Shown piece by piece: positions 46,875 to 55,662 of a stretch of 64,000 bases of DNA. A program made the position numbers and the translations under genes. Every line of letters begins with the position of its first letter. The first letter of the stretch is position 1. The notes beneath the pieces were generated by a model, which searched no databases, had not been told where the DNA came from, and saw only the letters and a program-made list of their open reading frames with translations. Origin of the DNA: an uncultured Clostridia bacterium. Lineage in GTDB: Bacteria > Acidobacteriota > Aminicenantia > UBA2199. Where the stretch lies: the NCBI GenBank assembly GCA_964465065.1, contig CAYXHZ010000005.1:23318-87317 (forward strand), given 5' to 3'.

Positions 46875-48602
46875 ATGGACCGGCAGTTGTTGAAGCGCTT
46901 CTGGCCTTTCCTGCGCCGTCACCGACTGTGGCTGGCCTGGCTGATCCTGATGCTGCTGCTGATCGATTGCGCAGCGGTGCTGCAGCCTTACCTGGTCAAA
47001 CTGGGTATCGACCGGGCCGTGGTGACCGGCGATGACGCCGCATTGAACCGGCTCGTCGGCCTGTTGGTGGCCATCATGCTGCTGTCTTTGGCCGTTTCGG
47101 CCGTTTTCCAGATCTCGATCATGGCCCTGGGGCAACAACTGCTCAAGGAGATACGCTCCCGTATGCACGCCCAGTTGCTGCGACTGCCGGCCGCATACCT
47201 GGACAAGACGCCGGCCGGCCGGATCCTGACCTATCTGACCAGCGATGTCGAAGCCGTTCGTCAGTTCATATCCGAAGGCCTGGTCTCGGTGATCGGCGAC
47301 CTGTTGAAGGTGGTCATCATCCTGGGGGCCATGGTCCTGATCAATTGGCGGCTGGCCCTGCTGGTTTTTTTGACCATCCCCCTGTTTCTGACTGTCACCG
47401 CCCTGTTCCGTCGCTCCATCCGCAGCGGGTACCGTGGCGTGCGTCAGGCCAACGCCCAGCTCAACACGCAGGTCGAAGAGACGATCTCCGGGATCACCGA
47501 GATCCATCAGTTCGACTGCGCCGCGCACAGCCGCCGCCAGTTCGATCAGGTCAACCGGACTTACCTGCAGTCGTTCATGCGGGTGGTGGTGGCCTACGCG
47601 GTCTATTTCCCGATGATCGAACTGGTTTCGACTCTGGCCCTGTGCATCACCCTGTTTGCCGGTCACCACGGCATGAACCGCTTCGTTCAGGTCGGCGAAA
47701 TGTTCGCCTTCTTTACGTATATCCACATGTTTTTCCGCCCTCTGCGCCAGCTGGCCGAAAATTTCAACACCTTTCAGAGCGCAATGGCCGCCGCCGAACG
47801 GATATTTTCCTTTCTCGACGAGCCGCTGGCCGCCGATGACGGCAATGAACTGCCCGGATGGACGGAGGAGAACCTGATCGAATTGCGCCGACTCTCCTTT
47901 GCCTACAGGGCGGATGAACCGGTGCTGCACGATATCAGCCTGACCGTGCGCCGCGGCGAGACCGTGGCCCTGGTCGGCGTGACCGGCAGCGGCAAAACCA
48001 CCCTGGTCAAACTGCTGGTCCGTCTGTACGAGAGCGCACCCGGGCAGATTCGGCTGGCCGGCCGGGATATCCAGACACTGGACATCCGTGCCCTGCGCAG
48101 CATGATGGCCATCGTCACTCAGGAGTCCATACTGTTTTCCGGCACGGTCGCCGAGAACATCACCCTCTTCGACAGCCGGTACAGCCCGCAGCAGGTCGCC
48201 GCCGTCGCCGACCAGGTCGGGCTCGCCGCGCTTCTGAGCAAACGGGAACTGGGACTGGACACGATGATTGAAAATGGTGGCGAAAACCTGTCTTTCGGCG
48301 AGATGCAACTGATCGCCTACGCCCGGGCGCTGCTGCGCAATCCGGCCATCCTGATCCTGGACGAGGCCACCTCGCGCGTGGATGCCGAAACCGAGAAACT
48401 GATAGAAGCGGCGACACGCCAGGCGATCAGCGGCCGTACCACCATCCTGATCGCCCACCGCCTGTCGACCATTCATATGGCCGACCGAATCCTTTTCCTG
48501 CATCAGGGACGTCTTCACGAGCAGGGAAACCATGAGCAGCTAATGAGTCAGAACGGACTGTACGCCCGACTGTACCGCCTGCAACGGGACATGCTGGGTT
48601 GA
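46875..48602 (+). CDS. ABC exporter, fused permease/ATPase, subunit 2
   Basis: Walker A GVTGSGKTT, signature LSFGEMQLIAYARAL, Walker B ILILDEATSRVD. Starts 3 nt after the subunit 1 stop. Confidence 0.85.
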   Translation: MDRQLLKRFWPFLRRHRLWLAWLILMLLLIDCAAVLQPYLVKLGIDRAVVTGDDAALNRLVGLLVAIMLLSLAVSAVFQISIMALGQQLLKEIRSRMHAQLLRLPAAYLDKTPAGRILTYLTSDVEAVRQFISEGLVSVIGDLLKVVIILGAMVLINWRLALLVFLTIPLFLTVTALFRRSIRSGYRGVRQANAQLNTQVEETISGITEIHQFDCAAHSRRQFDQVNRTYLQSFMRVVVAYAVYFPMIELVSTLALCITLFAGHHGMNRFVQVGEMFAFFTYIHMFFRPLRQLAENFNTFQSAMAAAERIFSFLDEPLAADDGNELPGWTEENLIELRRLSFAYRADEPVLHDISLTVRRGETVALVGVTGSGKTTLVKLLVRLYESAPGQIRLAGRDIQTLDIRALRSMMAIVTQESILFSGTVAENITLFDSRYSPQQVAAVADQVGLAALLSKRELGLDTMIENGGENLSFGEMQLIAYARALLRNPAILILDEATSRVDAETEKLIEAATRQAISGRTTILIAHRLSTIHMADRILFLHQGRLHEQGNHEQLMSQNGLYARLYRLQRDMLG

Positions 48603-48612
48603 GGAGAGCACG

Positions 48613-49326
48613 ATGAAGGAAAACGGAGATTCCTGCCGTCGAATCCGCTACATCTTCCGCCTGGAGGATGGCAAAGAGGAGAAATTCGATCTGTACTTCG
48701 ACAATTTTACGCTCAAGCACAGCAAGGCTTCGTCCCGACCCGTTCCGAACTGGGCCGATTTGCAGTACTTTCAGTGCGCGCACTGCCCTCTCCAACCCAA
48801 AAAATCGCCGCACTGTCCGGCGGCGCTGGCCCTGGTCGGCGTTGTCAGTTCCTTTGACGGCATCCTGTCCTATGACCCGGTGCACCTGACCGTGGAAACC
48901 GAAGAGCGGATCATGACGCAGAGTACCAGCGCCCAACGGGCGATCGGTTCGCTGATGGGCCTGCTGCTGGCTCTCAGCGGCTGCCCGCACACCGCGTTTC
49001 TGCGCCCCATGGCCCGGTTTCACCTGCCCTTGTCCGACACCGTGGAAACCCTGTACCGGGTGACGTCCATGTATCTGCTGGGCCAGTATTTCGTGGTCGG
49101 TGCCGGTGGCAGGCCCGATCTCGAGCTGACCGGTCTGGTGCAGAACTATGAACAGCTGCAGCGGGTCAACTTCGGTCTGGCCGACCGTTTACGCGAAGCG
49201 ACGCGCACCGATTCCTCGATCAACGCCATCGTCTGCCTGGACGTGTTCACTCGTACGGTGCCGCTGGCCATCGCCGAGTTTCTCGAGGAAATCAGACCGC
49301 TGTTCAGCGATTACCTAAAAAAATGA
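48613..49326 (+). CDS. hypothetical protein with C-x2-C / H-C-P cysteine motifs
   Basis: 237 aa, 10 nt after the ABC stop. Motifs FQCAHCPLQPKKSPHCP and SGCPH. No family assignable from memory. Confidence 0.5.
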   Translation: MKENGDSCRRIRYIFRLEDGKEEKFDLYFDNFTLKHSKASSRPVPNWADLQYFQCAHCPLQPKKSPHCPAALALVGVVSSFDGILSYDPVHLTVETEERIMTQSTSAQRAIGSLMGLLLALSGCPHTAFLRPMARFHLPLSDTVETLYRVTSMYLLGQYFVVGAGGRPDLELTGLVQNYEQLQRVNFGLADRLREATRTDSSINAIVCLDVFTRTVPLAIAEFLEEIRPLFSDYLKK

Positions 49327-49429
49327 CGCCAGTGAAAAACTGGTTGTCGAGCGCCGCTTTCCATACTACTATGTCCTGATTTGCGAGGCATGGGCGGTGC
49401 GAATCCATGCAATCGAGGAGGTAATTGAA

Positions 49430-50050
49430 ATGGAACTGTATAAAGTGATCGATAAACGGATGAGTTTCCGCAGCTTTTCCCCCGAACCCGTGCCGGTCGA
49501 CGATCTGGCCGAACTGGTGCGCTGTGCCAGCCTGGCGCCCAGCATCAGCAACGCCCAGCCCTGGCGCTTCATCGCCGTCACCAACCCGGAACTGCTGCAG
49601 AAAATGTCGCAGGCGGTGCAGAAAAAAATAAACGAAATGTGGGGCATGGCGGCTGGCGAGCCCCGCCAGGCCGTTGAGCGTTTTTCGACCTTTTTCGCCG
49701 AGGCGCCGGCCCTGATCGCCGTAGTCGAACTGCCATACCGCTCGGTGGCTGACAAACTGGGCGCGGAGTCGGGCATCGCTCACGAGGAACTCAACCGCAT
49801 GCGTGGCTACCCGGCCGTTCAGAGTATCGGTGCGGCCGTGCAGAACATGCTGCTGCGGGCAACCGACATGGAGTACGGCAGCTGCTGGCTGTCGGGGATG
49901 ATGGTCGCCCGGGAGGATCTGGAAAAGCTGCTCGGTATCGCGGAACCGGAACGCCTGGTGACGGCGGTGGTCATCGGCCGGCCCGGCCCCGATTACCCCG
50001 AACCCAAACCGCGCAAGCGAGTCGAGGAGATGCTTACCCTGATCGAGTAG
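49430..50050 (+). CDS. nitroreductase-family flavoprotein
   Basis: KRMSFRSFSPEPVPVDDLAELVRCASLAPSISNAQPWRF is the nitroreductase FMN-binding signature. ATG 49430 follows GAGGAGGT. Confidence 0.75.
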   Translation: MELYKVIDKRMSFRSFSPEPVPVDDLAELVRCASLAPSISNAQPWRFIAVTNPELLQKMSQAVQKKINEMWGMAAGEPRQAVERFSTFFAEAPALIAVVELPYRSVADKLGAESGIAHEELNRMRGYPAVQSIGAAVQNMLLRATDMEYGSCWLSGMMVAREDLEKLLGIAEPERLVTAVVIGRPGPDYPEPKPRKRVEEMLTLIE

Positions 50051-50098
50051 AGCCTGTCGTTGCGAATCCGCCTGACGGGGAGTGGACTTTAGCGGATT

Positions 50099-50127
50099 TT
50101 TGACTCCTGCCGGCCCAGGGGCTAGAA
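50099..50127 (+). promoter_or_regulatory. candidate sigma70 promoter TTGACT-N17-TAGAAT upstream of the 636-aa membrane protein gene
   Basis: ttgact 50099-50104, 17-nt spacer, tagaat 50122-50127. ATG at 50153 with a GGGAGGG RBS. Confidence 0.4.
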
Positions 50128-50152
50128 TGTTGCCATAGCTCAGGGAGGGACA

Positions 50153-52063
50153 ATGGCCCGACAGGTGGTCAAGTTCGCGGCGGTTTGCGCTGCGGCGGTA
50201 TCGGTATGGCTGCTGGTCACCGCCTATATGGCCGGCTGGAAAAGCCCCGAGGCCGCGGTGAGTCTTCGTATCCTGCAGGAAAAATTCGCAGACATGAGTA
50301 TCGGGCAGAAGCGTATGCTGCGGACCGTAGTGAAAAAATATCCTCTGCAGTCGCTGCTGGCGGCCCACAGATCCGGCTGGCAGGGTCTGCAGGAACTGCT
50401 GCGGAAGGGTCCGGACTATACCCTCGAGGTCCCGGCCCTGGCTTTCCAGGCCGCTTCAGCTCAGCTGGACAAGGTCGCGGCCATGTCGTTTATCGAGAAC
50501 GGTACCAGCCTTTTGCAAGCCGTGGACCGGCTGGATCCGCAATACGGCGAGAAACTGCTGCAGGATCTCAGGGAGTTGACTGCGGACGAATACGCCAACA
50601 TGGCCTTCGATCCGTCCTATATCCTGATCGCGCCGCGGCTTTCACCCCGGCAACGCCATCAGTTCCGCCGCAATCAGAAGCTGCTGACTCCGTTGCTGAC
50701 CCTGATCGAGCCACGGGAATGGGACCGCTTCATGGAGATGTTTGAACGGTCTCAACCACGGATCGGCGAGATTGTCCTTGATCCGGCTCTGGATGAGGAA
50801 TACGCCTGGTCTTATATCCTCAACCGGGACCTGGTGCTGCAGGCGACCGGACGGGGTATTTCGGAACGGGACGCCGTCCATTTTCTGAAACTGAATGCGC
50901 AGACGGTTCGGGAAGCTGACAACGGGAAACCGGTCTGGATCGACGACCTGTCCGCGATGCAGACCTATGCGGCCGCGGCCGCTTCAGACGGGGAGCCGAT
51001 GAGTCTGTTCGACTGGGCCTGTGCCGATCCATCCCTTTATTGGGCCATCACTCAGGACAACAACCCGGACAAGTCGGCTTCTTTTTTTCTCATGACCCGC
51101 TACGCCGGCAGTGAACTGCCCAATATCCTGCGCTTGCACTATGCAGCCGAGCCCAGGCTGCTGCAGTCGGCCCTGCAGGCCCTGCACCGCTTCGACAATT
51201 CCAGCGATCCCAGTCCGGAGCGCCGCAACCTCGCCTCCCGCTTCTTGAACCGCTACCAGAACGACGACCTGTTCAAAGATCTGCTGGCTCGGCACGGCGC
51301 CCTGCTGATTCCGGCCCTGGCTGTCGGCGGGGAGAAAGAACTGGCCCAAATCGCCGCCAACCCCAACGACATTTTCAAACACATCGACGAACAGGGCAAA
51401 CCGCGCAGCACCTGGTGGCAGTACATCCCCGGGGGCAGCATAGTGGCCGTCGTCCGCGACTTGTCGGCCGGCCGGAGCGTGTCGACCGGCGAATGGGCCT
51501 GGGCCGCCTTCGACGCCGTGACCATCGTGGCCGTCACGGCCACTTCCGTCAAGGCCTTGTCCAGTGCCAAGGCCATCAGGGCCGCCCAACCGGTCGGCCG
51601 GGCGCTGACGCTTGGCGCCGCGGCCGCCCGGCAGGGGGCCTGGTCCCAACTCAAAATGCGGGCCCTGCCTTTGCTGGCGGCGTCCGGGAAAATAGCCCAG
51701 AAATCAGCGCTGGCGGTGTTGAATGTCGTGAAAAACCATCCGGTCAAGGCTCTGGCCGGGGCCCTGGCGGTTTATTACTTCATCAACCCGGAGGCCCTGA
51801 ACCGGCATTCCCGGCAGATCGGCCACATGGCCGCCGCCATTCCGATGGCCGCGGTCTCCGGCCTCTGGGACCAGGTCGCGAGTCAGCTGAACCGGAGTCC
51901 GATCCTGTCCTTTTTCTATTACCCGATCCTGATTCTTTTCTCCCTGCTGGTATTGGGTGTCATCCTGGCCGCACTCAAACACTATCTCAAACCGGTCTGG
52001 GCCATGTGGCTGCTGCTGTTCAAACCGTTCCGCATGATCATCCGGAAAGTGAAAGCCCGCTGA
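50153..52063 (+). CDS. large hypothetical membrane protein (N-terminal TM, central soluble region, C-terminal multi-TM)
   Basis: 636-aa ORF with strong RBS and promoter. Hydrophobic N-terminus (AAVCAAAVSVWLLVTAYMAGW) and at least three C-terminal TM segments. No recognisable domain. Confidence 0.5.
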   Translation: MARQVVKFAAVCAAAVSVWLLVTAYMAGWKSPEAAVSLRILQEKFADMSIGQKRMLRTVVKKYPLQSLLAAHRSGWQGLQELLRKGPDYTLEVPALAFQAASAQLDKVAAMSFIENGTSLLQAVDRLDPQYGEKLLQDLRELTADEYANMAFDPSYILIAPRLSPRQRHQFRRNQKLLTPLLTLIEPREWDRFMEMFERSQPRIGEIVLDPALDEEYAWSYILNRDLVLQATGRGISERDAVHFLKLNAQTVREADNGKPVWIDDLSAMQTYAAAAASDGEPMSLFDWACADPSLYWAITQDNNPDKSASFFLMTRYAGSELPNILRLHYAAEPRLLQSALQALHRFDNSSDPSPERRNLASRFLNRYQNDDLFKDLLARHGALLIPALAVGGEKELAQIAANPNDIFKHIDEQGKPRSTWWQYIPGGSIVAVVRDLSAGRSVSTGEWAWAAFDAVTIVAVTATSVKALSSAKAIRAAQPVGRALTLGAAAARQGAWSQLKMRALPLLAASGKIAQKSALAVLNVVKNHPVKALAGALAVYYFINPEALNRHSRQIGHMAAAIPMAAVSGLWDQVASQLNRSPILSFFYYPILILFSLLVLGVILAALKHYLKPVWAMWLLLFKPFRMIIRKVKAR

Positions 52064-53279
52064 TTTTCCGAGTCTTGCCGCTTATGGCCAGAAAAGTCTG
52101 ATAGTCGTGGTGGCGGTTCTCCAGGCTGGTCAGCTCGTTTTTAAGGGAGCCGCGCAGGGCCTGGGCCGAGTCGAGCTCATGGTGCAGTGCCGGACGGCGA
52201 TCGTCCAGGACATGGTTCAGTTTACCCATGGCCAGCAGCTCCTTTTCACGCTTGTCGATGCGGTCGATGGCCAGTTCGAGTTCGCGGATGCGGGCGTTCT
52301 GGTCGGCGATCTGCCGCAGGCATTGACTGCGCTTGATGAACTGATCCGTTTCGTAGAGCTTGCGCAGCTCGTCGATGCGGATTTCACGGTCGCATTCCTC
52401 TGGCTTCCAGGCGCCGCCGACCACTTTTCGCACCGTATCGTCCACTTTGGCGAGCAGGTGCTGGCGCAATTGCCGGGATTCCCGTTCCAATCGGGGGTGG
52501 GGAGCCATTTCCAGCCCGAGTTTTTCCGCTCTGGCCAGCTGCTCCTGGTAGCGAATGGCCCGTTCGTAGGTCGGGGCGCGGGGAGGGGAGAGATCGGGGT
52601 AGAGGGTTTTAAACCTCATTCTGTTATTAATTATTTCGTTCTTATAAAAAAATATCTTCTTTGAAAGCTCGTTTAAACGATCAATGCAATTCTTGGCATG
52701 TGCAGGCACAGTGATTTGCGCTTGTAAACGTTGCAAATCTTGAACTTGAGAAAGGTAGGCATGATAGTTACGGGTAAGTGTATATATTTTTCGATGTAAA
52801 TCAAAAGCCTCACCAGATTTCGAATCAAGGCGATTATGGGTAAGCCTAAGCTCATTGGATTTCATTATACCCAGGGTGTAATCTTTTTGGTGGCAGCCGG
52901 CAATATAGCCTGCAATGTGAATCTGTTCTGAGCCCCCTAGACCATATTGAGGGTTCATTTTAACTTGTCCGTATGCTACACGGACCTCTCGAGTAGTGAT
53001 AAAAAGAGTAGCTTTGATTCTATAATCGTATTCTGTTGCTGCCTGCTTGGATTCTTTTGTGATTCTGGGGGCTATCTGGTATAGGCCAGACAGTTGGCTT
53101 GCATCCCTTCTGCAACGTAGGTATTCCAGCCAAGGGATGAAATATCCAGAACTGGAAGGTTCCAGCTTGACCAATCTAGTTCCAGGCGGAAGGATTTTAA
53201 TTTTGTATTTATCAATACCTGGAAAAGCATCACCACCTTGTTCGGCTTTAGCAATCTTTATCAATTCCTGATCGGTCAT
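52038..53279 (-). CDS. hypothetical two-part protein: N-terminal ~215-aa domain encoded in low-GC DNA, fused to a GC-rich C-terminal coiled-coil region
   Basis: 413-aa ORF. It stays open through about 650 bp of AT-rich sequence, where random ORFs are short. ATG overlaps the upstream gene stop (ATGA). C-terminal half is heptad-like (QDLQRLQAQ.., ELELAIDRIDKREKELLAMGK). No family recognised. Confidence 0.5.
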   Translation of the reverse strand: MTDQELIKIAKAEQGGDAFPGIDKYKIKILPPGTRLVKLEPSSSGYFIPWLEYLRCRRDASQLSGLYQIAPRITKESKQAATEYDYRIKATLFITTREVRVAYGQVKMNPQYGLGGSEQIHIAGYIAGCHQKDYTLGIMKSNELRLTHNRLDSKSGEAFDLHRKIYTLTRNYHAYLSQVQDLQRLQAQITVPAHAKNCIDRLNELSKKIFFYKNEIINNRMRFKTLYPDLSPPRAPTYERAIRYQEQLARAEKLGLEMAPHPRLERESRQLRQHLLAKVDDTVRKVVGGAWKPEECDREIRIDELRKLYETDQFIKRSQCLRQIADQNARIRELELAIDRIDKREKELLAMGKLNHVLDDRRPALHHELDSAQALRGSLKNELTSLENRHHDYQTFLAISGKTRKISGLSLSG

Positions 53280-53938
53280 GGTATCGCAAATTCATCATTA
53301 TCATCATCGTCGTCATCGTTATCAGGAGTGCTTGAGTTTCTGTAGTAATCATCATCTTCTTCATCTTCATCTTCATCATCAGTGATTTCAGAAATATTTG
53401 CATAAGAATCGTTAAGTGAATCTATTGATTCATATAATGGGCGGTTATCAGGAGTGAAAGTAGGATCGAATTGCCATGTTGCAATACTCAGTATGATCTG
53501 AGCATCCGGATTGTGGACGAAAGAGCAGGTCGAGGAAATTGTGCCCCAATCGAACTCGAAACCGAGCTCTCGGCCTCCTTCCAGACGGTTCTGAAGCTGT
53601 GTGGCCAGGAAACGGTCATTTTTTTCTTTGATCGTCAGCAGATAATCGTTTTGGCTGACATCGGCCGGCCACTCGGGCCAGTCGTAGAATTCCGCCTGGC
53701 TCATGACGATGTCGCACAGGAAGTCGTGGTGATCGAACCTGAGCAGCATCGCCATCGGAAAGCCGTCGATATCCTGCACCTTGAGGTTGCAGAGCTGATT
53801 GTGTCGGTCCGCCTTGTAGGCTTCGTTGAGCAGTTCGTTCTGATACAGAACCGACCGCTCGAAATCGGCGTGGGTCATGCCCGGCCACAACGCTTTGCCT
53901 TCACCCCATGACAATCTTCCGGTCTTGACGTCCAGCAT
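53276..53938 (-). CDS. hypothetical acidic protein with poly-Asp/Glu C-terminal tail
   Basis: 220 aa. AAGGGGAGGG RBS before ATG 53938. C-terminal ..DDEDEDEEDDDYYRNSSTPDNDDDDDDNDEFAIP is encoded in the low-GC block. Translationally coupled to the downstream gene. Confidence 0.5.
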   Translation of the reverse strand: MLDVKTGRLSWGEGKALWPGMTHADFERSVLYQNELLNEAYKADRHNQLCNLKVQDIDGFPMAMLLRFDHHDFLCDIVMSQAEFYDWPEWPADVSQNDYLLTIKEKNDRFLATQLQNRLEGGRELGFEFDWGTISSTCSFVHNPDAQIILSIATWQFDPTFTPDNRPLYESIDSLNDSYANISEITDDEDEDEEDDDYYRNSSTPDNDDDDDDNDEFAIP

Positions 53939-54027
53939 CCTGCCCTCCCCTTTTCATGTAAATTATAATAACTATAGCTCTCGAAAAATGAAAAATCAAG
54001 CCGATTCTGATAAAAAAACAACTTCGA

Positions 54028-55662
54028 TTGGAGAATCAGCGTCGTATGCCGGGTTTACCGTATGACCGCCATATTTCATATTTTTTTGGTGTAGGCGCCA
54101 GATCATCGGTCGGAGAGTTACATCGCCAACCATGTCATGAATTTGACCGTTCACCGTTGACATTGGCCGCCCATGGGCTTACCATCCCTTTCAGAGGGAC
54201 AAACCGCCATCGAAGAGAGAGGTACGACGTGCTGGCCGAACTGAAGGAAAAAATCTGGGGAATCCTGCGCGATCAGGATGTGTCCCTGGTGATGATCGTC
54301 GACTGTGACGGACAGATCCTGTGGCGGCGCGGCCGGTCGATTCCGGGCAACACGGTTTCCGGGGGCGAGGGCTTCTCCAAGTCGGCCCTGCAGCGGATCG
54401 CCGACATCGACAGCCACTACCTGGAAGAGAACGCCGTCATCCAGCTCTGCGGGGACAGTCTGTCGCAATCGGCCCGAGTGCTGCGGATCAGATCGGTGCT
54501 GGTCATCCCCCTCGCGGACGGTTTTTCCCTGTACGTCGATTCCGGAACCCGGGAACGTTTCGCCGATCAGGACATCACACTGTTCCGGGCTCTGGGCGAC
54601 CTGCTGTCCACCCATCTGGACCGCATCCACCAGTCCCAGCAAATGCCCGGGGGTATCGTCGGCGACAGCCAGGCCATGGCCAAGGTGAAGAAGCTGGTTC
54701 TGCAATACGCCATAGAGGAAGATCCGGTTCTGCTCTGCGGCGAGACCGGTGTCGGCAAGAACCACCTGGCCGAACTGATCCACCAGTACTCCGGACGCAA
54801 GGGCCGCCTGGTGACCATCAACACGCCATCCATTCCTGAAACTCTTCTTGAATCGGAGCTTTTCGGCTGCCGTAAGGGAGCCTATTCCGGTGCACTGGAA
54901 AACCGGAAGGGCCTGGTGGCCGAGGCCGAGGGCGGGACGCTGTTTCTGGACGAGATCTCCGAGATTCCTCTGGCTGTCCAGGCCAGACTGCTGGCCTTCA
55001 TCGAACGCAAGAGGTACCGGCCGGTGGGCGAAAGCCGCGAGCTGCAGGCGGATGTGCGCATTATCGCCGCCAGCAACCGGGTCCTGGTCGACGAGGTCAA
55101 CGGCGGCCGTTTCCGCCGCGACCTGTTTTACCGTCTGAACGCCCTGCCGATCACCGTTCCGCCTCTGCGACGGCGCCGCGAGGACATCGACGCCCTGGTC
55201 GTCGCCTACGGCAGTTTGCTGCGCGGTGCCGTTCTGGATGAGGACTGCCGGACCCTGCTCCGCAACCATGATTGGCCGGGCAATGTGCGGGAACTGATAC
55301 AGGTGCTCAAACGCTGCGGCCTGATGTGTGCGGATTTACCAGCGTTGACGGCCTTGCGCGAGATTTTGGGTGAAGGTGTCGCCGCGCCCGACAACCCGAC
55401 CGATTCCGACGGCTGGATGGCCGGCTACGAGGATGACATGACCCGCGGTCTCTCCTTCTGGCAGGGGCCGTGGCGGGATTTTCTCGATCGGCGGCTCAAT
55501 CAGGTCCAGTTGCGCAGATTTTTGCAGAAACGTTTTCAGGAGCACGATTCGCTCAAGACCCTGGCCGACAGCCTGAACATCACGGCCGACGAATATCCGC
55601 GTTTCGTGTCGGCCCTGCACAAGTACGAGATTCATCCGCTGCGGAAAGGCAGAACAACATGA
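54028..55662 (+). CDS. sigma54-dependent transcriptional activator (bacterial enhancer-binding protein) with non-receiver N-terminal sensory domain
   Basis: AAA+ sigma54-interaction domain (LLCGETGVGKNHLAELIH, GAF-TGA-like ESELFGCRKGAYSGA, ..RVIAASNRVL..FRRDLFYRLN). Degenerate Fis-type HTH at the C-terminus (..KYEI). The N-terminal ~150 aa are not a REC domain. True start may be GTG 54229, since sequence from 54028 is AT-rich. Confidence 0.75.
   Translation: MENQRRMPGLPYDRHISYFFGVGARSSVGELHRQPCHEFDRSPLTLAAHGLTIPFRGTNRHRRERYDVLAELKEKIWGILRDQDVSLVMIVDCDGQILWRRGRSIPGNTVSGGEGFSKSALQRIADIDSHYLEENAVIQLCGDSLSQSARVLRIRSVLVIPLADGFSLYVDSGTRERFADQDITLFRALGDLLSTHLDRIHQSQQMPGGIVGDSQAMAKVKKLVLQYAIEEDPVLLCGETGVGKNHLAELIHQYSGRKGRLVTINTPSIPETLLESELFGCRKGAYSGALENRKGLVAEAEGGTLFLDEISEIPLAVQARLLAFIERKRYRPVGESRELQADVRIIAASNRVLVDEVNGGRFRRDLFYRLNALPITVPPLRRRREDIDALVVAYGSLLRGAVLDEDCRTLLRNHDWPGNVRELIQVLKRCGLMCADLPALTALREILGEGVAAPDNPTDSDGWMAGYEDDMTRGLSFWQGPWRDFLDRRLNQVQLRRFLQKRFQEHDSLKTLADSLNITADEYPRFVSALHKYEIHPLRKGRTT

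Noticed and set aside
53276-53330. Acidic C-terminal tail ..DDDDDDNDEFAIP resembling the SSB C-terminal DDDIPF tip
   Set aside because: The rest of the protein shows no OB-fold or SSB features and the residue order differs. Treated as coincidental low-complexity similarity.
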